From NCBI RefSeq assembly GCF_046105845.1, contig NZ_CP151004.1: 64,000 bases of DNA; one strand, 5' to 3'. Below are positions 1 through 9,221 of the stretch, in pieces. Source of the DNA: Escherichia coli (lineage in GTDB: Bacteria > Pseudomonadota > Gammaproteobacteria > Enterobacterales > Enterobacteriaceae). A program made the translations under genes and the position numbers. Below the pieces are notes generated by a model, which was given only the letters and a program-made list of their open reading frames with translations, was not told the DNA's origin and searched no databases. Every line of letters begins with the position of its first letter. The first letter of the stretch is position 1.

Positions 1-232
1 CGTTACCGCGACGTCTTGCCGGGTAAAAACGGCCTGCGGAGAAGAACGCTGCGCCAATCGGGTAGCCGCGTCCGGGGTGTAAATCTGGCATCCCTACTAC
101 GCGCTGCATGTTGGGTAAATTTGCCGTGGTGTGTAATTGTTGGATCGCTAAACTCTCGATCCACAGGTCATCAGATGCGATGGTAAATACCGCATAGGAT
201 AAGGGACGAATATATTTGCCCATGTATCATTC
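1..232 (-). CDS. 5' end of an RtcB-family RNA ligase-like gene, partial (continues beyond window start)
   Basis: Reverse-strand ATG at 232 gives MGKYIRPLSY...VVGMPDLHPGRGYPIGAAF, resembling the conserved N-terminal motif of RtcB; in E. coli the rtcB2/prfH locus lies next to yafP. Not in the ORF track because it is cut by the window edge. Confidence 0.4.
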
Positions 233-467
233 CATTTATACTCGTCATACTTCAAGTTGCATGTACTGCGACTCGAATTATTTAGAGTATATAAATATAA
301 AAATCAGGAAATGGCAGACGAATCCAGGGCAAGAAAAAAGAATTAATCCTGGAAAGGTCTGCAAAGAGTCATTGATAAAGGATTTGTCATGATTTACCTC
401 CTTGCAGTTTGTGGAATAAGAAAACGCGCACATACCAGGCGGGTGTTATTTTCATTGCAAGCTGAAT

Positions 468-920
468 TTAATGTTGCGGTTTATATCGCATAGAAAAATT
501 AGTAAACCACGCTCCCCTGCATTCAACGCGCTGCTGCTTAACTGTCTGAAAACCATAACGTTCAAAAAAGGGTTTTGCGGTTATGCTGGCGTCCACCGTA
601 AGTTCGGATTCAGACTTAATCAAAGGTTTTAACAAAGCGCTGGCAACCCCACAGCGGGTGTATTCAGGGTCAACAAATAACATATCGATATAGTGTTCAA
701 TGCGGGAAATAAAACCAACCGATTGTGCATTAATGATCGCAACCCACACTTGTGATTTCGCGAATTTCTCCTTCCAGCGAGATTCGTCAATCTGCGCCCA
801 GGCGGCAATTTGCTGCGGAGAATAGTGCTGACTGGCAGTCATCGTAACCGCTCGAAGGAAAATAGCGCATAGTTGCTGAAAATCGCCAGGCTGATAGTTT
901 CTTATTTGTATGTTATTCAT
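468..920 (-). CDS. yafP: GNAT-family N-acetyltransferase YafP
   Basis: 150 aa ORF; last gene of the dinB-yafN-yafO-yafP arrangement; acetyltransferase-like sequence. Confidence 0.85.
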   Translation of the reverse strand: MNNIQIRNYQPGDFQQLCAIFLRAVTMTASQHYSPQQIAAWAQIDESRWKEKFAKSQVWVAIINAQSVGFISRIEHYIDMLFVDPEYTRCGVASALLKPLIKSESELTVDASITAKPFFERYGFQTVKQQRVECRGAWFTNFSMRYKPQH

Positions 921-929
921 AATATAAAT

Positions 930-1328
930 TCAAAAACGCATGCGAAACGCTTCTGCCATTTTTCCAATTTTATGCATTTGGTTGTTATCTCGAGCCAGTT
1001 TATGAGGTTCAGGCTTCAGAATGGCAATGAGCAACCATGCTTGCTCATCAAACGCACCCTGACAATATACCAAATGCGCTTCGTCATTCGTTCTGCTGAA
1101 TTGGCGCAACTGTGGCGGAAATGGATTATTCACATTTGCCAGATGAATATGAGCAACTCGCTCAAATTTGATTAATGGCCAGGTAAACGAGTCGTCGTAG
1201 AGTGCATCGCGACCAAATATATCTGGCAAAACACCGTCACGCTTATAGGAAATAAAATCCGCCGTTAACGCATCAAGTTCCTCTGCTGTAAGTTGCAGGC
1301 GAATAAGTTTTGTTTTGAATACCCGCAT
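930..1328 (-). CDS. yafO: Type II toxin YafO (ribosome-dependent mRNA interferase)
   Basis: 132 aa ORF immediately downstream of yafN (2-bp spacing); position and size as in the dinB operon. Confidence 0.85.
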   Translation of the reverse strand: MRVFKTKLIRLQLTAEELDALTADFISYKRDGVLPDIFGRDALYDDSFTWPLIKFERVAHIHLANVNNPFPPQLRQFSRTNDEAHLVYCQGAFDEQAWLLIAILKPEPHKLARDNNQMHKIGKMAEAFRMRF

Positions 1329-1330
1329 CC

Positions 1331-1624
1331 TTATTCCTTAAAGTCATTGAAATCATCATCCGTCATATCATTAAGATATTGTTCAGCGCGGCGTGTAATT
1401 TCCTCTAATCTTGCAGCACTTGGACGGAAGCGCGCCTTTATGGGCTTTTTCTCCTCTTGTTCAGCAAGCATGTCCATTAACGCTTCGAATGCGCTGGCAC
1501 TTAAGAGATATCCTGCGGGGCGATTATTAGAAAGAACCGCAACCGGTTGATCAATAAAGTATTTAGCTGGGTTTTTACGTAACTCAGTAATATTGACCGA
1601 TTTTTCAGCGAGAATTCGATGCAT
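1331..1624 (-). CDS. yafN: Type II antitoxin YafN (Phd/YefM-like)
   Basis: 97 aa ORF starting MHRILAEKSVNITELRKNPAKYF; antitoxin-before-toxin order with yafO. Confidence 0.85.
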   Translation of the reverse strand: MHRILAEKSVNITELRKNPAKYFIDQPVAVLSNNRPAGYLLSASAFEALMDMLAEQEEKKPIKARFRPSAARLEEITRRAEQYLNDMTDDDFNDFKE

Positions 1625-1675
1625 ACAGTGATCCCCTCATAATAATGCACACCAGAATAGACATAATAGTATACA

Positions 1676-2731
1676 TCATAATCCCAGCACCAGTTGTCTT
1701 TCCATTTGCGGGTCAAGTAACGTCACATGCAGCCCCACCAGACGCACACCGCGCCCGCCACGGCGTTCATCCCAGGTTTTACGCGCAGTGGCGATCAAGT
1801 CAGCTTTATTCAGCCGTGGCCAGACGTGCTCCTGAGTAGTTTGCTGAAAATCATCAAACTTTAATTTCACCCCCTGGCGAGCAATCAGTAAATCAGGTTT
1901 AACCTTTGCCAGGCGGCGTTCAAGTTCCGGGTACAGCCGCTCGATAATCGCTTCACATTCAGACCAGTGATGAATATCTTCCGCCATCGTGCGTTCCACG
2001 CCGACGGATTTTCGCAACCGTTCGCTGTTAACGTCGCGCTCGTCAATCCCCTGACTACGCTCCCACAAAATGCGGCCAAATTTGCCAAAACGTTTGAGCA
2101 GAGTCACCAGATCACACTTTTGCACATCACCGCAGGTCCGCAGCCCCATCGCTTCCAGTTTTGCCGCCGAAACTTTGCCGACGCCGGGAATTTTTGCCAG
2201 CGGTAAGGTTTGCAGAAATGCCGGAACTTCTGCCGGAGTAATCACAAACTGACCGTTGGGTTTATTCATGTCGGAAGCAATTTTGGCGAGAAACTTTACC
2301 GGCGCAACGCCCGCAGATGCCGTCAGTTGCAGCTCGTTAAAGATCGTCTGACGGATTTCCTGGGCGATGAGGGTCGCGGAGCCGTGGCAATGCACACTAT
2401 CGGTGACGTCGAGATAGGCTTCATCCAGTGATAACGGTTCAATGCGCGAGGTGAAGCGCGAGAAAATTTCGCGGATATGATTTGAGGCTTCTTTGTAGGC
2501 GTCAAAGCGCCCTGGAAGCAGCGTGAGATGTGGGCATAATTTGAGTGCCATCCCTGTCGGCATAGCGCTACGTACGCCAAATTTACGCGCGGGATAATTG
2601 GCGGTGCTGATCACCCCCCGACGTTCGCGGCTGCCGCCAATAGCAATAGGGATATCGCGCAGGGCGGGATTGTCGCGCATCTCCACCGCTGCGAAAAAGC
2701 AGTCCATATCCACATGAATGATTTTACGCAT
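1676..2731 (-). CDS. dinB: DNA polymerase IV (Y-family translesion polymerase)
   Basis: 351 aa ORF starting [33 protein letters not shown], the DinB N-terminus. Confidence 0.95.
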   Translation of the reverse strand: MRKIIHVDMDCFFAAVEMRDNPALRDIPIAIGGSRERRGVISTANYPARKFGVRSAMPTGMALKLCPHLTLLPGRFDAYKEASNHIREIFSRFTSRIEPLSLDEAYLDVTDSVHCHGSATLIAQEIRQTIFNELQLTASAGVAPVKFLAKIASDMNKPNGQFVITPAEVPAFLQTLPLAKIPGVGKVSAAKLEAMGLRTCGDVQKCDLVTLLKRFGKFGRILWERSQGIDERDVNSERLRKSVGVERTMAEDIHHWSECEAIIERLYPELERRLAKVKPDLLIARQGVKLKFDDFQQTTQEHVWPRLNKADLIATARKTWDERRGGRGVRLVGLHVTLLDPQMERQLVLGL

Positions 2732-2745
2732 TGCTCACCTCTCAA

Positions 2746-2765
2746 CACTGGTAAAGTATACAGTG
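2746..2765 (-). promoter_or_regulatory. LexA (SOS) box of the dinB promoter
   Basis: Plus strand cactggtaaagtatacagtg; reverse complement CACTGTATACTTTACCAGTG fits the CTGT-N8-ACAG LexA consensus, about 15 bp upstream of the dinB start. Confidence 0.8.
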
Positions 2766-2801
2766 ATTTCAGGGTTTGAGAAATGCGTAAAGATTCAGCA
2801 T

Positions 2802-3500
2802 CTAGCGCGTTCGCTGCGAATGCACCTGCTGCTTATCCAGCTTTTGCACCAGCGGCTGCACCACTTTATCCCCATGCTGACCAAAGTATTGATACAGCGT
2901 ATCGGACGCACTTTTGGTCAGCACCATAATCTCAATGCGTCGGTTGCCCGCGCTTTGCGGATTTTTCGCGTCCAGCAGCATCTGGTCCGCCATCGCGCTC
3001 ACCTGCATCACTTTATCTTCCGGCATTCCGGCCTCTTCCAGCACCCGACGAGCCGAAAGCGCGCGATCGCCCGAAAGGTTCCAGTTGTTGTAGATATTGT
3101 TTTTGTAGGCCATCGCATCGGTATGCCCGGTAATAATAATTTTGTTATCGAGCGAGTCGAACACTGGCGCGAGCTCCACCAGCAAAGTTTTAAAGAACGG
3201 CATAATCTGTGCGCTGCCGCGTTCAAACATATTGCGGTTCTGGTCATCTTTAATCAGCACGCGCAGTCCCTGGGGAACAATCTCCATCTCCAGATTCGCT
3301 TCCATATGTGCATCACGGGCAATGGTGTTGATACTGGTCGCCAGCTCGCCAAGCTCAGTAGCGGATTTCTTCTTCAGCAGCGCCGTTTTCTCATTGACGT
3401 CACGCGCTTTTTTCTCCGTCTCTTCCGGCACCGCCACGGTGGCAGGTTTTGGCGGATGAGACGGGCTGATTTTATTTAACGGCGACAACCCGCCGCCATT
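2802..3500 (-). pseudogene. lafU: lafU remnant (MotB-like lateral-flagellar motor protein, C-terminal OmpA-like part only)
   Basis: ORF 2802..3692 has an OmpA/MotB C-terminal domain (NWNLSGDRALSARRVLEEAG...NRRIEI) but no N-terminal transmembrane helix; its first ~65 codons are antisense to lfhA, so the real 5' part is missing. Confidence 0.7.
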
Positions 3501-5271
3501 GAAAATCGACTGCCCGTGCAGCGCGGCGATAATGCTTTCACGCTCGGATTTACTGACGCTGTTGACAATCAACTTTATCGTCGTCACCAAAGGGGCCGAG
3601 CGTATTTCCGAGGTTTCTGCCCGCTTTACCTTAGACGCGATGCCCGGTAAACAGATGGCGATTGACGCCGATCTTAACGCTGGGTTGATCAACCAGGCGC
3701 AGGCGCAAACCCGGCGTAAAGATGTTGCCAGCGAGGCCGATTTCTACGGCGCGATGGACGGGGCATCGAAGTTTGTGCGCGGGGACGCCATCGCCGGGAT
3801 GATGATTCTGGCGATCAACCTGATCGGCGGCGTCTGTATCGGCATCTTCAAATACAACCTGAGCGCCGACGCCGCCTTCCAGCAGTATGTGCTGATGACC
3901 ATCGGCGACGGGCTGGTGGCGCAGATCCCGTCCCTGCTGCTCTCCACCGCGGCGGCAATTATCGTCACCCGCGTCAGCGACAATGGCGATATCGCCCATG
4001 ACGTGCGCCACCAGCTGCTGGCAAGCCCGTCGGTGCTCTACACCGCCACCGGGATCATGTTTGTGCTGGCGGTGGTGCCGGGGATGCCGCATCTGCCATT
4101 TTTGCTGTTCAGCGCCCTGCTGGGTTTTACCGGCTGGCGGATGAGCAAACGCCCGCAGGCGGCGGAGGCGGAGGAGAAAAGCCTCGAAACGCTGACCCGC
4201 ACCATCACCGAAACCAGCGAGCAACAGGTCAGTTGGGAGACTATTCCGCTGATCGAACCCATCAGTTTAAGCCTCGGTTACAAACTGGTGGCGCTGGTCG
4301 ATAAAGCGCAGGGTAACCCACTCACCCAGCGTATTCGCGGCGTGCGGCAAGTGATATCCGACGGCAACGGCGTGCTGCTGCCGGAGATCCGTATTCGGGA
4401 AAACTTCCGCCTCAAGCCCAACCAGTACGCCATATTCATCAACGGCATTAAGGCCGATGAAGCGGATATTCCGGCGGATAAACTGATGGCCCTGCCCTCC
4501 AGCGAAACCTACGGCGAGATTGACGGCGTGCTGGGGAACGACCCGGCGTACGGGATGCCGGTCACCTGGATTCAGCCTGCGCAGAAAGCGAAGGCGCTGA
4601 ATATGGGGTATCAGGTGATCGACAGCGCCAGCGTGATTGCCACCCATGTGAACAAGATTGTCCGCAGCTATATTCCTGATTTGTTTAACTATGACGATAT
4701 TACTCAGCTGCATAACCGTTTGTCGTCGATGGCACCGCGACTGGCGGAAGATTTGAGCGCGGCGCTCAATTACAGCCAGTTGCTGAAAGTGTACCGGGCG
4801 CTACTGACTGAAGGCGTTTCCCTACGCGATATCGTCACCATCGCCACCGTGCTGGTCGCCAGTAGCACAGTGACCAAAGATCATATTCTGCTGGCAGCTG
4901 ATGTGCGCCTGGCGCTACGGCGCAGCATTACCCATCCGCTCGTTCGCAAGCAGGAGCTGACGGTGTATACGCTGAATAATGAGCTGGAAAATCTGCTGAC
5001 CAACGTGGTGAATCAGGCGCAACAGGCCGGCAAAGTGATGCTCGACAGCGTGCCGGTGGACCCGAATATGCTTAACCAGTTCCAGAGTACGATGCCACAG
5101 GTGAAGGAGCAGATGAAAGCGGCGGGGAAAGACCCGGTGCTGCTGGTGCCGCCGCAACTGCGTCCATTGCTGGCGCGCTATGCAAGGTTGTTTGCGCCGG
5201 GGCTGCATGTGCTGTCGTATAACGAAGTGCCGGATGAGCTGGAGTTGAAGATTATGGGGGCGCTGAGTTGA
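3499..5271 (+). pseudogene. lfhA: lfhA remnant (FlhA-family export gate protein lacking the N-terminal membrane region)
   Basis: ORF begins inside the FlhA signature (ITKGAERISEVSARFTLDAMPGKQMAIDADLNAG) without the ~130 aa transmembrane N-terminus; C-terminus looks complete. It converges on and overlaps lafU. Confidence 0.75.
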
Positions 5272-5307
5272 TGCCTTTTAAGAAACACAATACGATGACA
5301 TCAATTT

Positions 5308-5703
5308 ATGACGTCAGGGATTGATAAGATGATGAAAACGCGTTTATTAATATCTCAAGCATCGAACATTATCACCATTAAAGGTCAACCAGCCGCAGTG
5401 ACATTTGAAGCCGATATCAACGCATTTCGCGGCAAATTTCTCAATGTAAATGGTTATTGCGACTTTGTAGCGACAAGCATTGAGGCGTTATACCGGGAAG
5501 GTGAAAGTGCGCTGGATGAGTGGATGGCGGATTGTGAAGAGGACGGCATTGCCCCTTTTCGTGAAGAAGAGCAAAAACGCCTGACGCTTCGTGTTCCTCA
5601 TCACATCGATTCACGACTGACCATTGTCGCCAGACAACATTCCATTTCAAAAAATCAGCTCATTGTTGATGTATTAGAACGTGAGTTTTCATCCCAGATG
5701 TAA
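5308..5703 (+). CDS. HicB-like antitoxin-family protein with C-terminal ribbon-helix-helix (no HicA partner seen)
   Basis: 131 aa ORF; C-terminus ...RLTIVARQHSISKNQLIVDVLEREF looks RHH-like; likely start at ATG 5329/5332 after an aggga Shine-Dalgarno. Family assignment is from memory. Confidence 0.5.
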   Translation: MTSGIDKMMKTRLLISQASNIITIKGQPAAVTFEADINAFRGKFLNVNGYCDFVATSIEALYREGESALDEWMADCEEDGIAPFREEEQKRLTLRVPHHIDSRLTIVARQHSISKNQLIVDVLEREFSSQM

Positions 5704-5709
5704 ACAGGT

Positions 5710-5738
5710 CGGATGCCGTGTGGCATCCGATTTTTTTC
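5710..5738 (+). terminator. Rho-independent terminator after the HicB-like gene
   Basis: cggatgcc-gtgt-ggcatccg hairpin followed by a T-run (attttttt). Confidence 0.55.
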
Positions 5739-5759
5739 CTGATCGTCAGTATTCTCCGT

Positions 5760-6518
5760 TTACAAAATCGTCTCTTCCGTCAAAATCCTGCGCGCGCCTA
5801 AAAAATGATCCTGCCAGAAAGGCTCAGCTAACCGACTTACCCGAATGGTTTCCCCCGTGCGCGGCGACTCGATAAACTGACCGTCTCCCAGATACACGCC
5901 CATATGATCGGCTATCTCGCGGCTGTGGATATGGAAAAACAGCAAATCTCCCCGGCGCAGGTCGTTGTTCGCCACAATCGTTGCCCGATGGTAGTGATAC
6001 ATCTCATTAGCCGTACGCGGGAGCTTCGCCTCGAGGATCTTGTTGTAGGCATAAAAAACCAACCCGCTACAGTCGAAGCCTTGATCAGGCCGCGTGCCGC
6101 CCCAGACGTAAGGTTTGCCAAGCTGCTGCTCCAGGCGGTGAATCGCCACTTCGGTGATGTTGTGTAGATGGTCGCTGCTTAAGAAATGGTTGTTCTCCGC
6201 CAGCGCCTGCCAGCGTCTGTCACTCGCCTTGAGCGGCGCAGGAAACCATTCTGGATGCTGTTTTATCTGTTCGCGGTTGTGCTGGCGCAGCGCCTTTCTG
6301 CTTTCGGCATTGCCTTCCACAATGTAGCTGGCCTGCTTTTTCAGATGGGTTTGGTACTGTTTTAATAAACGCGCCCGGTTTTGCATCCGCTGGCGGGCGG
6401 CGTAGCTGAAAGAGATATGTGATGTGGTGGCGCTGGCGAGTAAAGGGAGCAAAACGCATAACGAAAACACGCCTGGATGCAGAAATCTGCCGTGAAAGAA
6501 CGAAGACATGAAGGACAT
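5760..6518 (-). CDS. yafL: NlpC/P60-family lipoprotein peptidase YafL
   Basis: 252 aa ORF; signal peptide plus NlpC/P60 catalytic region (YVWGGTRPDQGFDCSGLVFYAY). Confidence 0.85.
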   Translation of the reverse strand: MSFMSSFFHGRFLHPGVFSLCVLLPLLASATTSHISFSYAARQRMQNRARLLKQYQTHLKKQASYIVEGNAESRKALRQHNREQIKQHPEWFPAPLKASDRRWQALAENNHFLSSDHLHNITEVAIHRLEQQLGKPYVWGGTRPDQGFDCSGLVFYAYNKILEAKLPRTANEMYHYHRATIVANNDLRRGDLLFFHIHSREIADHMGVYLGDGQFIESPRTGETIRVSRLAEPFWQDHFLGARRILTEETIL

Positions 6519-6809
6519 AAACTAGCTGAATGAAGGAGAGAATTTTAAAAGGTTGGGGGAGTAAACGGGATTATTAATTGCTTATTTGCATATTAGTTAC
6601 GAGGTTTCATAATCTTAGGAAATAAGTGATACATGCGCTTTTCGGACTAATGAAAACTGCCCCTGTGCTAAATTTGTAAACCCTGCGCCGACAGGCTTGC
6701 GTAAAACTCTTTTGGTGATAATGTGAGCCTTCCAAATCCAGACTATTCCGATTTGGGATCCATTTTGCCGTCCTGGCGTGTGTAACCGTTTTATCAAGGA
6801 ATAAGCAGT

Positions 6810-7550
6810 ATGCGTAAAATCGCATTAATTCTTGCGATGTTGTTGATCCCGTGCGTTTCGTTTGCCGGTTTGCTGGGCAGCAGTAGCTCAACCACGCCAG
6901 TGAGCAAAGAGTATAAGCAGCAGTTGATGGGATCCCCTGTCTACATCCAGATCTTCAAGGAAGAACGTACGCTCGATCTCTACGTCAAAATGGGCGAGCA
7001 ATATCAGCTGCTCGACAGTTATAAAATCTGTAAATATTCCGGCGGCTTAGGGCCAAAACAGCGTCAGGGCGATTTCAAAAGCCCGGAAGGGTTTTATAGC
7101 GTCCAGCGTAATCAGTTAAAACCAGACAGCCGTTACTACAAAGCAATTAATATTGGATTCCCCAATGCCTATGACCGTGCGCATGGTTATGAAGGGAAAT
7201 ACCTGATGATCCACGGCGATTGTGTTTCCATCGGCTGCTACGCGATGACCAATCAGGGTATTGATGAGATCTTCCAGTTCGTTACTGGTGCGCTGGTGTT
7301 TGGTCAGCCGAGCGTGCAAGTGAGTATTTACCCGTTCCGCATGACCGACGCCAATATGAAGCGCCATAAGTATTCCAACTTTAAGGACTTCTGGGAGCAA
7401 CTGAAACCGGGCTACGACTACTTTGAGCAAACCCGTAAGCCACCGACCGTTTCTGTGGTCAATGGCCGTTACGTGGTCAGCAAGCCGTTAAGCCACGAAG
7501 TTGTGCAACCACAGCTGGCATCAAACTACACGCTCCCCGAGGCAAAATAA
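6810..7550 (+). CDS. yafK: L,D-transpeptidase-family periplasmic protein YafK
   Basis: 246 aa ORF with signal peptide [19 protein letters not shown] and a YkuD-like domain with [14 protein letters not shown]. Confidence 0.88.
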   Translation: MRKIALILAMLLIPCVSFAGLLGSSSSTTPVSKEYKQQLMGSPVYIQIFKEERTLDLYVKMGEQYQLLDSYKICKYSGGLGPKQRQGDFKSPEGFYSVQRNQLKPDSRYYKAINIGFPNAYDRAHGYEGKYLMIHGDCVSIGCYAMTNQGIDEIFQFVTGALVFGQPSVQVSIYPFRMTDANMKRHKYSNFKDFWEQLKPGYDYFEQTRKPPTVSVVNGRYVVSKPLSHEVVQPQLASNYTLPEAK

Positions 7551-8288
7551 GCGCCATTCGCCTGGCATAATCTTTTGCCAGGTTTCATTGCCCGTCAGCG
7601 GCTGTGTCGCAATCACCGTGACCACATCATTCGGTGTGGTCTGCGAGCTGAAGTCGATTTCCACATCCTGATCCAGCAACGTTGCCACGCCAAACGGCGC
7701 GCGGCGGGTGATCCAGTGTAAATTAGTCGAGCAATACGCCATTACATAGCGCCCGTCAGAAAGCAGCATGTTGAAAACGCCCTTCTGCCGCAGTTCATCC
7801 GCCAGTGAGGCGATATATTTAAACACTGCCGCCATGTTGCCCGGTGTGCGCGGGTAACGCTGCGTTAATTTATGCAGGAGCCAGCAGAAGGCTTTTTCGC
7901 TGTCGGTTTCACCGACCGGGCGGAAGTTGCCGGTTTCCAGTGATTTATAGCCCGTCAGTTGCCCATTATGGGCATAAGTCCAGTTACGCCCCCATAACTC
8001 GCGGGTAAACGGGTGAGTATTTTCCAGCGCCACCTCGCCCCGATTCGCCTGGCGAATATGAGCCACCACCGAACAGGATTTTATCGGGTAGTCCTGGACA
8101 AGTTTGGCGATGGGAGAATTAAAGCTGGGTTGCGGATCTTTAAATGTGCGACAGCCTTTACCTTCGTAAAAGGTAATGCCCCAGCCATCTTTATGTGGCC
8201 CGGTTCCACCACCACGCTGTACAAGCCCGGTGAAACTAAAGCAGATATCGGTAGGGACGTTGGCGCTCATCCCGAGCAATTCGCACAT
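7521..8288 (-). CDS. yafJ: Class-II glutamine amidotransferase-like protein YafJ
   Basis: ORF 7521..8303; probable start at [11 protein letters not shown], typical of Ntn-type amidotransferases. Confidence 0.85.
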   Translation of the reverse strand: MCELLGMSANVPTDICFSFTGLVQRGGGTGPHKDGWGITFYEGKGCRTFKDPQPSFNSPIAKLVQDYPIKSCSVVAHIRQANRGEVALENTHPFTRELWGRNWTYAHNGQLTGYKSLETGNFRPVGETDSEKAFCWLLHKLTQRYPRTPGNMAAVFKYIASLADELRQKGVFNMLLSDGRYVMAYCSTNLHWITRRAPFGVATLLDQDVEIDFSSQTTPNDVVTVIATQPLTGNETWQKIMPGEWRLFCLGERVV

Positions 8289-8403
8289 GGGTAACCTCCA
8301 CAACAGCGGGAGCGCATGGCCCCCGGCGAAGATTGATTAAAAAGTACAAAGGTTCAGGCTGTTACCCTCACCCCGGCCCTCTCCCTGAAAGGGAGAAAAG
8401 ACC

Positions 8404-8982
8404 TTACTTAACCATCTCTTTTTCAATCAACTGGATCAGGATATGGATCACTTTAATGTGAATCTCCTGAATGCGGTCGGCATAACCAAAGTGCGGTACG
8501 CGAATTTCGATATCCGCTGTGCCAGCCATTTTACCGCCGTCTTTACCGGTCAGGGTGATCACTTTCATCCCCTTCTCACGCGCCGCCGCGATCGCTTTGA
8601 TCACGTTTGCAGAGTTACCGGAGGTGGAGATCCCCAGCAGTACATCGCCTTCGCGACCTACCGCTTCAACGTAACGGGAGAAAATATCATTGAAACCAAA
8701 ATCGTTACCGACGCAGGAAATATGACTAACGTCAGAAATGGCAATCGCCGGATAGCCCGGACGGTTTTCACGGTAGCGACCGGTCAACTCTTCGGCAAAG
8801 TGCATGGCGTCGCAATGGGAGCCGCCGTTGCCGCAGGAAAGCACTTTACCACCGGCTTTAAAGCTGTCTGCTAACAGGACCGCCGCGCGCTGAATGGCGT
8901 GAATATTGGCGTCATCTTTTAAAAAGTTAGCCAGCGTTTCCGCCGCTTCGTTCAGTTCATTACGAATAAGATCCTGGTACAT
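8404..8982 (-). CDS. gmhA: Phosphoheptose (sedoheptulose-7-phosphate) isomerase GmhA
   Basis: 192 aa from [21 protein letters not shown]...; the ORF track extends 30 codons upstream of the real start. Confidence 0.92.
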
Positions 8983-9182
8983 GAGGATATCCTTCAGCAT
9001 AAATGTAATAGACAAAATGCAGTGTACCGGATACCGCCAAAAGCGAGAAGTACGGGCAGGTGCTATGACCAAGACTTTTTGACCTGAAGTGCGGATAAAA
9101 ACAGCAACAATGTGAGCTTTGTTGTAATTATATTGTAAACGTATTGCTAAATGTTTTTACATCCACTACAACCATATCATCA

Positions 9183-9199
9183 CAAGTGGTCAGACCTCC
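9183..9199 (+). promoter_or_regulatory. Putative FadR operator in the fadE promoter
   Basis: caagtggtcagacctcc resembles the FadR consensus (TGGTCNGACC core) about 25 bp upstream of the fadE start. Confidence 0.55.
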
Positions 9200-9221
9200 T
9201 ACAAGTAAGGGGCTTTTCGTT

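Noticed and set aside
8304-8403. Possible terminator or REP-like element between gmhA and yafJ (ctccctgaaagggag hairpin in a GC-rich context)
   Set aside because: The hairpin is not followed by a clear T-tract in the transcribed orientation and I cannot match it confidently to a REP/ERIC consensus.
9144-9221. Upstream extensions of ORFs in the track (fadE from 9144, gmhA to 9072, tssF to 18990, tssM to 26113)
   Set aside because: Known protein N-termini and Shine-Dalgarno placement support the internal start codons; the extensions overlap promoter or operator sequence or neighbouring genes.
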